A DNA stretch of 64,000 bases, from positions 46,692,862-46,756,861 of the forward strand of contig CM074511.1 in NCBI GenBank assembly GCA_037379345.1, given 5' to 3'. Source of the stretch: Perna viridis (Eukaryota). Below, piece after piece: positions 1-13,380 of the stretch; position 1 is the stretch's first letter; each line of letters begins with the position of its first letter. The position numbers and the translations under genes were made by a program. Under the pieces are notes generated by a model, which searched no databases, had not been told where the DNA came from, and saw only the letters and a list, made by a program, of their open reading frames with translations.

Positions 1-396
1 GATTAAAAGTAACCAATATAAAAACTTTTAAAAATTGGATATATGAATTATTAAAGACAATTTAACTTGACCACATGGCACCATTTCAACTAATTGGGAG
101 GGAGCTTCCTAGTGTCTGGTCAATCTTAATTTTCTAATATCAGTTTGAAATGATTTGGTTTCTGTATAATATAGAACACATGTTTAATTAACATAAGAAC
201 AGTTTTACCCTTGTAATATTATATAATAAATATATTGACTGAAATTACAGATGGGGTGTTATGTATAGAATCTCAATCTAGATACATGTACATGTAGCTG
301 ATGATGAGAGAAATCAATAAAGAAATCAATTATTCACACAATCTAACAGATGAAAAGAAAAAAATTATCTTGTTGAAAAAAGGATAGGCCCACTGG

Positions 397-457
397 GAAT
401 ATTATCAGTTTGTACCTAATATTAAGAATATTATCAGTTTGTACCTAATATTAAGAA
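397..457. repeat. Perfect 29-bp tandem duplication
   Basis: GAATATTATCAGTTTGTACCTAATATTAA x2. Confidence 0.9.
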
Positions 458-503
458 AACAGAAATCTATCAAAACAATTTCACTTTTACTGCTTTACTG
501 AAT

Positions 504-701
504 TACTGTGAAACTTGTCTAAACTGAACCCCTTTTAGACTTGAAAATTGGTTTGGTTTAGACAGGTGTTCAGTTTAGACAGGTTTTTGGTTTACCAAGG
601 TTCAAATTACATTTAAACTGATATGAAGGGACTATAAAATGTGTATGGTTAAGACAGGTTCTCAGATTATTCAGGGTTCATTCTCAGCATGTTTCATTAT
701 A
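504..701. mobile_element. Degenerate Tc1/mariner-type MITE
   Basis: Left end TACTGTGAAACTTGTCTAAACTGAACC, internal GTTTAGACAGG repeats, and a decayed inverted right end GGTTCA...GTTTCATTATA. TA flanks. Confidence 0.6.
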
Positions 702-1677
702 GTCAAGTTTAATGAAAGGCCATGTAAAACATAATGATTTGGTTTTGAAAGACACAATTAAACTAAATAATTATAATGCAGCTGAATTGATCTGAACAGA
801 AATATGCTAATAGCATCAATCACAAAACAAAGGCTCTTACTACCAATGATATGTCTTGGTTTCATCTAGAGCCCTTTATTTACCTCAACATGTAGACATG
901 GCCTTCAACAAACCATGTTCAATTGTTATTCTGCATGTACTGTTCCTAATTCTCTTTAGATTTTACTCTAGTCTTTCCCATTACTCAACTTCAAACCAAT
1001 ATGCCCAGATGGCCTTTGTTTTATTTCTAAAAGTGGCATTTTTCCACAGAATAATCCTTAAACAAATTTAAAATTCAAATTAGCTAAATTATTGGACAAT
1101 AAATTTTACAATAGGAGAAATTTATTTTGAATTTTATCCCAGCAGAATATTGCCTTAACTATAAATTTGACTTCCATTGGAACACAATATTATGGTTTAT
1201 AAATTTGCTCAGAAATCTAATTACAAATTTAAACCTTCTCAGAACAATCATTCAAGCAAAATTATGACAGATCTGAAAACAAAATTCAATCTTGACTTTC
1301 TCCAGCTGTGGACAAAATAAAGAAAAAAATCCAAATTAAAAATGATGGAATTTGCAAACTTAATTTGTCATTAGGCCCCTTGTTTGAAATTGGGGTTATC
1401 CTCATGATATGATTCCAAATGGCACTTTTTAAAAAAAAATTGTTTTAAACACTTCTAATGTTTGCATACCTACCACAAACAAACTCAACATCCATCTTTT
1501 TATCACAAAATGAATACAACAAAATCTATACTAATTCAATGTGGTCTCAATGTACCGTCAGTTTGGATAATCACTTTCCATCAGGACTTAGGGTTTTCAT
1601 ACCTGTCTGATAGAACATTTGTAAGTCATATGACCTACTGTTGAAGTGTTTTTATTTGAGAGCCATGAAATAAAATA

Positions 1678-1883
1678 TACTGTGAAAGTACTTTAATTCG
1701 TGGATACAAATTTTCGTGGATAAGGGAAGACAAGTTCGAGGATTCTTGAATTCATGGTTTTGAAGTTTTCAGTATACACATCAATGGGAATCTACTATTC
1801 GTTGGGTACCAAATTTCATGGTTTGGCCTACCCACGAAAACCACGAAACTTGGTACCCCACAAACAATAGTACATTCACAGTA
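1678..1883. mobile_element. MITE with TACTGTGAA...TTCACAGTA termini
   Basis: Terminal inverted repeats, internal inverted TTTTCGTGG / CCACGAAAA motifs, TA flanks, and locally retained CpG. Confidence 0.8.
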
Positions 1884-4800
1884 TAAAAGGACAAGCGTTA
1901 TGATTTGTTTAAATACCAATGGTAATTTCAGCTGATTACTTTTTAACATCAAATTTTAGTGCTGCACTGATCTTGTTCTGGTTTAGATGATTTTATTTAT
2001 TAAACAGATCTGATTTCAATCTGACCATCTTTCATCAGCTAACAGTACATCGCTTTAACATTAACTAATATTTCTTGTTCTTCTTTCATCAAAAGATTTT
2101 ACAACACAATTACTCATATGATGAATAGATATTTATTAAATCCTTCAAAAAACTAAATATTTCAAACAAATTTCAAAAAAGGTTTTTTATGTTTGAAGTA
2201 AAAATCAACCCCTGTGGTCATTAAAACTAAACATATTTTTGTTGTTTTATATAAATTTATCTCTCTGAAAATTTGCTTAAAATTCTTTTGAGGTTTAGAG
2301 ATAAGAGAAATGAGACTCTTTGCTACTTAAATCTGTTTGGTGAATTAATTTTGTTAGTCTTCTAAAAACCCTTTGAGATGTTAAATGCTAAATGTTGCAA
2401 AAAGAAAATGTATAAATGGACTTAAGAGAAAGTCAAACGAATATTTGTGTTAATTGAAAAAACATGAATCAATTTGTTTTTTGGAAGAATCCCCTTGCTA
2501 ACTGATCAGGAGATCTTCACCATTATAAAATGTAAATAAACTATTTCAACAAGGGCATGTAAATAATATCAGGATAACAAAGGCCATCTCAATTAGTACA
2601 GGTCATAACTACACCAGTCATTTAAATCATCCCTTCAATATAATAACCTATCATAATGCACAAGAGACTCCTTTGATATGGTGTGAACAAGTGTAACTTG
2701 AAAAGTCTGCATTAGGCAATATTTTTAATAATAGTATGGAATCATAAAAAAGAATAGAAACCATGTGTATAAAATATTTTTGTACAAAAAAAAACACCAC
2801 AAACTGATAAAACAAGAAGCATAACATGTTACCGTAGATAAAACAAACCAAAAACTAAAAATAGAAAAAAAAATGGATTTAATTGGTAAGGTGCACTGGA
2901 ATGGTATTCATGACTCAAAAGTTCAAATAGTGGTGGTCTGAGGTCCAGGACCTTCAATTACTGACAAAGGACCTAAGAACTTTGATCTATATGAATCCTA
3001 TACCTTCAACACCTTTGATCAACACTTCTGTGTTGGCTTTTGATTCTCCTCAAGTAAACCATTGATTTAAAAATTGGAAAAATCTGGGACCTTCAACTCA
3101 TCAAATTCAAATTTGAACTCCTGAAACATGCTTTTGATTTCATGATATGTACCAAAGCATTTTAAAGAGTACAGAATTATATTGATCTTTTGTGTATTTA
3201 CATATTTTTTTGCTGAACTTCAACTGTGCAAGACCAGTAAACTGAAGCAAGAAATGCAGGTCATGGTGACCTGTTATGTCCTAGATATAATAGTGTTGAG
3301 CAGTTATAGTATAGAAAACATGTATACTGTACATGTCATCACTATATCTACAGTATAGAGTTCAATCTATGTTCACCAGATGCATTATCATCTGACAATG
3401 AGCGCCTATCATCTTTACAATTAAAGTCTAATTCCAACATGTCTTCACTAGAAGGAGACAAAAATATGTGCAAACTATGTCAGTTATAATTGTTTCAAGG
3501 TGTATTGGAGAAGCATCTTTATCTGCAAAAATTAAACCCTTATGTGGTTTCTTGTTGTCATACTTGACCATTCATCAGGTACACAGCTGAAAATGTGTTT
3601 GAAACCCCAATTAATGATGCAGATTGAAAGATGAAATAGGTAAGATTTATTAAAAAAATTCTTGTTCATGTACCATAGTACGGACCAACAGAATCAACTA
3701 GCTTCAAATGTCAAAATATTAAAACATAAATTTGAAATCACTAAGTTATCCTTTTTTAAATCTCAAAGCCAGCTTCCCATCACTGTTAATAAAGGTTCCA
3801 CTCTAAAACATCACACAGTATAGTCCCAACAAATATTTTGTATGCAATATGCTAAGGGCAACAGTAAGTTCTATCATGGCATGATTTATTTGATATTTTC
3901 TGCCTTAAAACAAAAAGACTGGACATCAATAAAAACTTATTGTACTATGATATAGATATCTAATAAGGCAGCCTTTCTCATACAACATTCATTTACTAGA
4001 TCAAATTTTTTTTTCATACACACAGAAGGTAAACTTAATTTGGCAAAGTCTAGTCGTCTCATTATTTTTTCTCTGATACAATTTAGACTGTGGCCATTAA
4101 ATCTTAACACTAACTTCATAACTCAGTTTGTATCTCATCCCGTCTCTTTTTTTTCAACCACACTTGCTATTAGATATCCAAGTAGTTATCAATACAATGA
4201 AAAAGATATGTTTTCTATGCATGATTTAACTCTTTTATGTTTTTTCCATAAAATTGCACAGAATTTTGGCAGATCATCTTAATTTCATAATTGGCATGAT
4301 TCATATACTCAAATTTTTTCCAATGGCAGGACAAAAATGCCTTCATCTATGAACTAATTTTAATGGTAAATGCAGCATAATTATGGAAAACTGACATTTT
4401 GTAAAATTAATTATATTTGCTATAATTTCATAATTTTGTAAACAGATTGGATTAATTTATCTCTTCATTTGTTTCTGCATTAATGAGTGAGTCACGTTAA
4501 GTTTCTAATCACTGTAAACAGCTGTACATCTGTGACAATGCACTTGAATTTTGTCAAATTGCTTTTCTCAACTTTTAAGTATCATGTATAAATGAAAAAA
4601 AGTCATAACTTCTAAGAGTTTCATCCAACATTTATTAGACATGCATAAGCTTTTTACAACAACTTCAGAATGGTACAAGTGAGCTAAACTTTAGAAATAC
4701 TAAACAACAGAAAGTACCATTTATGAATTTGTCACCTAGTACAAAGTACTTGTAATTCCCTATGTTCTATAAATCTATTTTCAGAAATTGTGACTTCAAT

Positions 4801-6431
4801 GAATATGTGTCTTTTTTTCTCTTTCGTTTTTTGCAATTTTTTATCAACATTCATTCGAGAATTCAAAGGCTATCATACACTGTGGAATCCAAGACTAACT
4901 GATAGAAAAACTTCAGAAGAAAAATATAGGAATTTGGACTGAGAACAAAATCTTATAATCTATGCTTCACGAAGTTTGCAAAACAGATTACTGACCAATT
5001 AGACAAATAGTCCAAACAAGTTGCTTGACAGTCATTACTAATTTTGTTCAAATGTCATACTGACATTCTTAAACAGTTAATAAATTGCACAGCTTCATTA
5101 TAGCACAAATAAAGCTCTAAATTTGGCACTCAGAGAACTTTAAATTTGCAATTAGATATGAGAATTATCCCATCTATGCAAAGTTACTCTTTTTGGACTC
5201 CTTTTCCTAAACAGGAAGGGGCATAACTCTTTAAATTCATCACAACCTTCTTTGGTATGAAACCTTGTAATAAAATTCCATAGAGATCCATACACTTTTC
5301 CTAAAATTATTGCTCCGAAACCAGAAAATTTTGTTGTTTTGGCCCCTTGCAACCCTTATTTGATTATAATTACAGTCATAAATCCCAACTCATCCAAGTG
5401 TCCTTTGGTGGTATTGAATACAGTGGTATTCCATAGGGATCCATAGACTTAGAAAACCAAGTTTTATGAAATACTTGTTTTTTGGCTCCTTATTGGTCCC
5501 TTATCACTAGATAGTTGGGACCATATCTCTCAAAATCATAAATAACCTTTATCCTGTGGTATGTAACTGCAAAATTTGCATAATGGTATAACATTCAGTA
5601 GACAAGGTGGAAACACTACAAAACCACAATTTCTGTATTGTTTCAACTTTACCCTATACCATATTATCAACTTTAGGTTTAGGTGTAACAGACAGACAGA
5701 CTTCAGAATAAAGCAACAGCACAAATTCAATTTTAAAAGAGAAAAAAACAAAGCTTTAACAATTTGTTTTAATCATGTTTATAGGTATATAGTTTTGGTA
5801 TCAGCATGGAACTCTGTTTATCTTCATCTCCAATCATTCAATCCATTTTTATCTTTACAGCACAACTTAGAAATCATCATATTAATTGGCTTTAAATAAG
5901 TAGAATCTACATTTTAACAAATCTCATCCATTATTCAAACAGACATTTATCCTTCATCACTAACAGTTAAGACTGATTTCAACTTTTGATCTTTCACACC
6001 TTTCTGATGGGATATTGTAACTGTAATAAATACTTCTTTTTCTTACAATCTTTCTACATTTGAATCATAATTTACTGAAGTTTTCATATCAATCTGTATA
6101 GAATTCTTTATTTAAAATGAATGTGGCAATCAGCTGAGGTACATTCAAGTTTAAATTATCAAAGGTCAGGGTCAGAATGACCAATACCTCTACATTCGGT
6201 GCTATCTATTATAAACAGACTTTTAAACAATTAAAACAAGTCCATATGTAAAACAAGGAATGAGATCAGCGAGTTAATCTTCCTGCTTACAATATAGGTA
6301 GATTGCAAAACCCTACATTAGTAATATTGCTTCATTTCATTTAAATCCATTGTACTTACAAGGTAAATGAACAAATGGGTGGGTGGGGGAGGGGGAGGTA
6401 ACAAACAAGCATACTAATGTAACATAGTTAG

Positions 6432-6996
6432 GGTAGATCATACCTATTACATGGAGCATTCTTTTCTGTTATCTTGCAAAATCATACAGACCTATATATT
6501 TTCTATGTACTAATAGTGTTTGAAATTATGTAAAAATAATACATTTAAATTACTTCAAATAGATTTTTTACCAAAATATTAGAATGGTCAAATTAAAAAC
6601 ATTTTGTTTATAAAGCCTCTTTCAAAGATAGATAAAATGGCAGGATAATGTTCTATTGAAATGTATAGGGAATTAAAGATTTGTTTAATATTGCAAGAAA
6701 TAGTTCAGTGACCTCCAATTTTCATTTTGAAATATTTAAGAATGTCAGTTAAGCATTCTTTATATAAAGTTATAAGAAATTTTATCTACCTGTTTTTTAG
6801 AAGTTTGCAAAATGTTGAAAATTCCGTAAAGAATCCATATAAAATGTAGTAAAATATTGGCTTTAATAAGGCTAAATTATCTCAAAATCAAGTATTCTGA
6901 CCTGTTTTTTACATTAAAATTCATAAGTATATTCATTCAGGGTCATCTTTGAGAAAAACAAGGAAAATTTACTAGAAGTATTAAGTATGATCTACC
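6432..6996. mobile_element. Old TTAA-type (Kolobok-like) non-autonomous DNA transposon
   Basis: Inverted termini GGTAGATCATAC (6432-6443) / GTATGATCTACC (6985-6996), flanked by TTAG and TTCA (decayed TTAA). Confidence 0.6.
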
Positions 6997-9306
6997 TTCA
7001 CACTAATACATGTAATATCTATTACAACTGGCAGTCAAACTATTTTATAGACCCACTGAATCTAGTAATATTTGGAAAAACTCAGTAATAAAAAATGAGC
7101 AAAATGGACACTTCATAATCTGATACAACGAATTCAATTTAGGTAAAACAGTAGAGAAACAGATTCTAACACAATTTCTGGTGTACTATAACAATGATCC
7201 ACACTTCAATTTTAAATTTTGATTGACTACAGACAAGACCTGGATGAATCAATGGTCATTAATGCAGCAGCTATATATTTCCTAAAAGATCATGATTTGA
7301 GAGATAAATAAGTGCAGACTAGCCCTAAGGAAACTTTCAGAAACTTAATTCCTTCCACCTCAATAAACTCTTCATACAGTATGAATTCACAAGGCTTAAA
7401 GGATAAAAGGCCAAGTGAACTTAAAGGAAAAAAACAAGTCTTGACCATAATGATCTAAATTCTGAAAGGCAACAAATTATCTGGTCTTAATGAAAATGTC
7501 ATCACTTGTAAAAAAAAACAATTCTGAGATGATTGACTCCATCCTGGGCAGACAATGCTACAATCTTTATTTCATCTTGAATTTTTTTAATCTGAAAGTG
7601 ACAAGGAAGAAGTGGACACTACTTGACTTTTACAATGTGACAAAACTGCTGCACTGTTTAAGTCCAGTAATAAATCCTGTCCAATAATTATAAGTCACAG
7701 AAGATTCCATGCTATATTATTTTGAGGGTATTGCCAATAAACTTCACTTTACTAACTCAGAGAAAAAAATTGATTGTTACTGAAGGCCACTGGTCAGCTA
7801 GTGATTAAATTTGTTGTGCTTTATGATCACGCTAAATACGATGGTTTTCAATCATAATAAAACTGGAATTGATTTTTTTTTCCAAATTTGACATTAGTGG
7901 CTTCGGCCAAGCCATGAAAAAATTGAATCATTATTTCACATCATGGAGCTGTATATAATCAAGACTGACCATGTGAAAAAATGTAATTCAACTGAAAATT
8001 ACAGGCTGCAATGTTTGTTTCTAACATCTAATGGTCATTATTTTAACAACTGGCCATCATATACAAAACTGGCTGGACGTGATAATCGATTCATAGCTCC
8101 TTCCGTGAAAATAAAATATAATCTTGGATATATTTGGAACATTTTCCATTATTCCCTGGACTTAGTATTGAGCTACTGCCCTTGACAACTAGTCTTTCCT
8201 TACAAATTAACTGGCTAAACTGATGCTTGTTTTTCAAAGAGATGAATGAATATAATTAAAGAACAAGTGCATGAAGCTACAGAAAGTTTTAAAAACTTCA
8301 CTTTGTTGTCCATTTTAGCAAATTTTTACTGGACGACTTTACCAATAATATGAATGAAAATAGTGAATGCATGTGATGCTAACAAGTACTAAATCAGTTG
8401 AGTCCAGCTTTTAAAGATGAATTCTTTAGAAATACTGTTAAGATTAGTATCTTCTAATGATTTTTACAGTATTGATTGCATGACCAACTTACTGATAAAA
8501 ATGAAATTTTTCATCTTTTTATGGATATTGTAAAATATAATTCATGGTTGTAGCCAAACATTTTCTTCATTGTTACAGTATACCCTATCACCGAGGGAAT
8601 ACTTGTCTAGAACTTGAAATAAAAACTTGGTCTGATACATGCAAAATATTCCTTTCAAGCTTGAGGGAATCTAACAAAATCTAAAAAAAAATCATCAAAT
8701 TAAAACCAGAAATAATTTAGTGTTCAAAGTTCTCAGTTACAATTCAATTTCTAAATGAAAAAAATTCAATTATCAGCCGACACAAATGTCTGCAAGCCTT
8801 TGAAAAAAAAACTGACGGAAATTTAATTAAAACTACAAACAAAACTACAGTCCAGAAATTTCATATAAAATTTCAGAAATCAGCTGAAAGCACACCACAA
8901 AAAAATTGAACTTTCTTCTTCATCATAATATAAACCACCAAAAGATGGTTATTTGTACTGAAATATTGCCCCTTTTTTCTCCACTGGGAATTATACTGGC
9001 ATTAAATATTGAGGAGGAACATAGTTTTACAGTGCTGAAACTGATTGTTTGCATGTTAACTTGGTTTAATTAAATACAAAGCTAAAGATTTATTCATTAA
9101 TAACTTCATTTTTTTTAAAGTGTTCAAAACAGAGAATCTAACAGTAACCAAGTCATAGTAACAAAAAAAATTCATGTAATTCAGTCTCCATCTTTTATGG
9201 GACAGCAGCAAATAGTTAGAGGACATTTAACTTTGCCTACTAAAGAGGTCTTTTTTTACATGTATTCATTATCACTTAAAACATGGACATAACACCTTTC
9301 ATAAGA

Positions 9307-10901
9307 AACAAAAGGCTCCCAGGAGCCTGAATCGCTAACCTGGTGAATTTTGCCTTTCAAGGGCAATAAATTAAACAAGAAGTTGTCCAACAATTTTGAC
9401 CCAAGAAAACTTTGATAGGACTTATTATAAGGATCATTTCAGTAAATGAAAGTCTAAATCTATCATAGTTTTCAAGACATTGGCTGAAAATTGTAAAAAC
9501 AAACAAAAAAAAAACTGTCATTTTCCCCTGTCAAGGGCAATAACTCTTATAAGAAGGCCTCTGACAAATTTTATGCCTGAAGACTTTTGTAGTCCTAAAA
9601 ATAAGGATCATTTCAGCAATTGAAACAATTTGGCCACACCTAACAGTTTTGGAGATATATGCGAATAACTACTGTCCGGCCCCTATGTTCTATTTTTAGT
9701 AACAGTGGCCATGTTTTTCAACGGATAAAAAAAACCCACTTCAATTCTATGCAGGATACCCAAAGAACACTTATAACGAGTTTTGTTTCAATTGGTAAAG
9801 TAGTGTCAGAGGAAAAGATTTTTGAAAGAAAAAATATTAAAAATAGCAAAAAAATTTCAAAAAGGGCAATAACTCCAACATGGCTTAACAGATTAGGATG
9901 AAAATTTGACCACAGATAGATCTCATCATGCTGAACACTTTTACCCCTTTCAAAATGGGCAAACCTAACCATGCAGATATATGCGAAAAACTATTGTCTG
10001 ACTCCTATGTTCTATTTTAAGTAATGGCGGCCATGCTTTTCAACAGATCAGAAATCACTACATCAGTTCTATGCATGATACCCCCAAGGAACATTCATAC
10101 CAAGTTTGGTGTCAATTGGTCAAATAGTGTCAGAGGAGAAGATTTTTGAAAGAAATAACATTAAAAATAGCAAAAAAAAAGTCGAAAAAGGGCAATAACT
10201 CCAACATGGCAGAACAGATTAAAATGAAACTTTGACCACATATAAAAATCATCATGCTGAACACTGTTACCTGGTCAGAATTTGGATAAACCAAACCAAT
10301 TTGGAGATATATGCAAAAAACTCCTGTCCGACCCCTATGTTCTATTTTTAGTAACAGTGGCCATGTTTTCGATGGATCAAAAATCCCCACATCGGTTCTA
10401 TGCATGATACCCCCAAGGAACATTCATACCAAGTTTGGTTCCAATTGATCAAGTAGTGTCAGAGGAGAAGATTTTTGAAGAAATAACATTAAAAATAGCA
10501 AAAAACGTTGAAAAAGGGCAATAACTCCAACATGGCTAAATAGATTACAATGAAAATTTAATCGCAGATAGATCTCATCATGCTGAACACTGTTACCTGG
10601 TAAGAATTTGGCTAAACCTAACCGTTTTTGAGATAAATGCAAAAACTACTGTCTGACCCCTATGTTCTATTTTTAGTAACGGCAGCCATGCTTTCCAACG
10701 GATCAAAAATCCCCAATTTAGTTCCATGCAGGATACCCCAAGGAACATTCATTCCAAGTTTGGTTCCAATTGGTCAAGTTGTGTCAGAGGAGAAGAGTTT
10801 TGAAAAATTGTTAAGGACGATGACAGACAATGATGACAGATGATGATGAATGCCAAGTGATGGCAATATCTCACATGGCCTTTGGCCAGGTGAGCTAAAA
10901 A
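9307..10901 (-). mobile_element. Non-autonomous Helentron/HINE-like element with internal ~325-bp tandem array
   Basis: Minus-strand 5' end TTTTTAGCTCACCTGGCCAAAGGCCATGTGAG followed by a decayed GTC/ATC microsatellite. The other end has CAGGTTAGCGA plus the palindrome AGGCTCCTGGGAGCCT. Internal units start near 9653, 9976, 10305 and 10632. Confidence 0.8.
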
Positions 10902-11084
10902 TGAACATAATAACAACATCACTTTTTTTAAGTCACAAATATTGTTAGCAACTTTTTGCACTTGTAATTTCAATACTTTATATTTGCATATGATTCGCAT
11001 AATTATACATTACTATTCCACATTATGCTGCAGATCTGTGCCATGTTTACCACCATAGTGTAATAGTTCTAGCTTTGTATGAAG

Positions 11085-11560
11085 TATCATACACTTGTGT
11101 TCTTTGTGCGTTGCTTGCTTGTATGAGAGCAGGAAGTCTACATGAAATGATTGGCTAGCATTGAACATTACCCAGTACCAGATTCAGGCACGGGATCGTT
11201 ACAAGACTATATAGGTCATACACATTAGCACAGCCCCAATTATGAATATTCATTGCCAGTTGTTTAATCTAGTTCCAAATCTGGTTCCACGGTCAATATC
11301 ATAAGCGACCCAAAGATCGCTAGAACATACCTCGTTAAAAAATATCATACATACGTCTATGTGTGTTTTTTGTTTGTATGAGAACAGGAAGTTTAAATTA
11401 AAAGATGAAATGATCGGTTAGCCTTGAATTTTTGTAATATTACCCAGCTCCTAATTCAAACACAGGGACTCGTTACAATTGACTATAAATTCATAGACAT
11501 TATCAGGGCCCCAATATCTATATCAAGCCATTGCCAGTTGTTTCATCTGGTTCCTGGTAA
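11085..11560. repeat. Diverged ~257-bp tandem duplication
   Basis: TTGTATGAGA(G/A)CAGGAAGT, ATGAAATGAT, ATTACCCAG, TCGTTACA and CATTGCCAGTTGTTT each occur twice in the same order. Confidence 0.75.
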
Positions 11561-11989
11561 CCCATTGTCTTGATAGAAAACATTTGGGTCATCACAGTCA
11601 CGAAAGAATAATCATATCAAGGGAACCAAGATTCTAGCGGAAGTCACCTGATATTAGAGCAGATTGCATTTGTGCTATTTCGGATGTTGGAAGTAAGCCA
11701 AAATCAGTGGCAGAGACTATTTGACGTTTAGCGACTTTGAAGACTTCAGTCTTTGATTTTACCTTAGCTTTACATCTATTCCATTTCTTTGTTGGAGACC
11801 TGAAGATAAAGTCACAGAGCTTTATGAGCTCTCTTAACAATAAATTTGAATTACTAGACCTAACAATACCAAACATTTTTGGTGGGAGGCTGAAGTTTAT
11901 CATCAAAATTTCAGAATGTCACAGTTTGGCAATGTAATCAATGTGTTATCACGAAGCTTAGAACTTTGACATCAAAACCATTTCAAAGA

Positions 11990-12215
11990 ATAATCAAGGG
12001 AACCAAGGTTATAGCCGTAATCAAAAGAATGTAATCCTGGGACAAAGACCAGACATAGAAAACAGACATAAACAACAAAGAACATAAAGTAACTAAAATC
12101 ATACATACAAAGTAACAAAAGCATATGAGCAACTCAGACTCCACTAAAAACTGGGAGCATGGACCAGGTGCACCGGTAGGATAAGCATCCTCTGCTTTTC
12201 TAGAAACAACCACCA
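11990..12215 (-). mobile_element. Fragment of an abundant bivalve interspersed retro-repeat (possibly Penelope-related end)
   Basis: CCACTAAAAACTGGGAGCATGGACCAGGTGCACCGGTAGGATAAGCATCCTCTGCT preceded by an A/C-rich tract, resembling a repeat family I recognise from bivalve genomes. Classification is uncertain. Confidence 0.45.
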
Positions 12216-13049
12216 AGTTCCTCAAAACATTAATATCATTATGTACATGAACACCATTGTCATAAATGATGAAACTAATTTTATAACATGAATCTGAACT
12301 CAAGGCATGACAGAAAATACAACACACAAACACACAGACTATAATCTATGTATATGCCTAAAGTTTGCTTTTGAGTTTTTTCCAAAGCATTTTCTGAGAT
12401 GTAATACAAAGTAGAGTACAGTACCATATTAAAATCTTTCTAGGATTTCATCATAACAGACAATTTCAGACCTTTGAAGGTTGGAATTTAGCAATGTAAG
12501 AGTACTCATCAGAATAAAACATGTCATAAACAACTAACACTTTAAAAGGATAAATGATACAATAATTATCAAGCTCAATTCTGTATTTTTAACATTTTTT
12601 ATGTTTCATGAAACTCAAGGATAATTTTGTTTACTGACAGTTGACCAATTTTTTCTACAAATATCACAGACATATGAATCAACTTGATGATACACCAGAG
12701 GGGAAAATGAAAAATTTATGAGTTTTAAAATTAAATTGTTTTCAGAGTGAAATTCAATTATTGTAGAAAAAAATGTTTACCTATTTAAAACTACTGCTCC
12801 AGGCTCTTAGTGAAATGGCATAAAACATTAAAATATAAAATACCATCATAAAATTTGTCCTTTGTGGGATTTTGCTTTTTTTTCATTTGCTTAGCACAAT
12901 AAAATCAAATATTCTAAATACTATTAAATCAAAAATAGTGACTTAATCATTAAGTAAATTCAAAGAGTGATGGGATAGAAGAACACTAATTACATGCCTT
13001 TTTCTTACTTTTTTGCCTCTCAGATGTTTGAAGCACTATACTTCTTACA

Positions 13050-13380
13050 TGTTATCTTGCCTTCCTTATACTAAGCTAATTGCAATCTGCACATGTTGCC
13101 ACTTTTTATTTGCCTACATGTACCTTAAACGTTGCCTTTCTGTACATCTTACCACTATTGACTTGCCTTCTTTATACTTGTCTAATTGCAATCTGCACAT
13201 GTTGCCACTGTTAACTTGCCTACCTTTAACTTGACTTATTGCCTTTCCCTATATCTTGCCGCTGTTGACTTGCTTTTTTTATACTTGGCTCATTGCAATC
13301 TGCACATGTTGCCACTATTGACTTGCCTTCTTTATACTTGGTTCTTTGCCTTTCTGTTCTTGTTGCCATTATTTGACTTA
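13050..13380. repeat. Compound minisatellite, ~107-bp period
   Basis: ATTGCAATCTGCACATGTTGCCACT at ~13079, 13185 and 13292, with shorter (G)CCACTATTGACTTGCCTT-like subunits. Confidence 0.85.

Noticed and set aside
9659-11000. Cluster of mutually similar short ORFs
   Set aside because: They are translations of the internal tandem units of the HINE-like element and have no Rep/helicase motifs.
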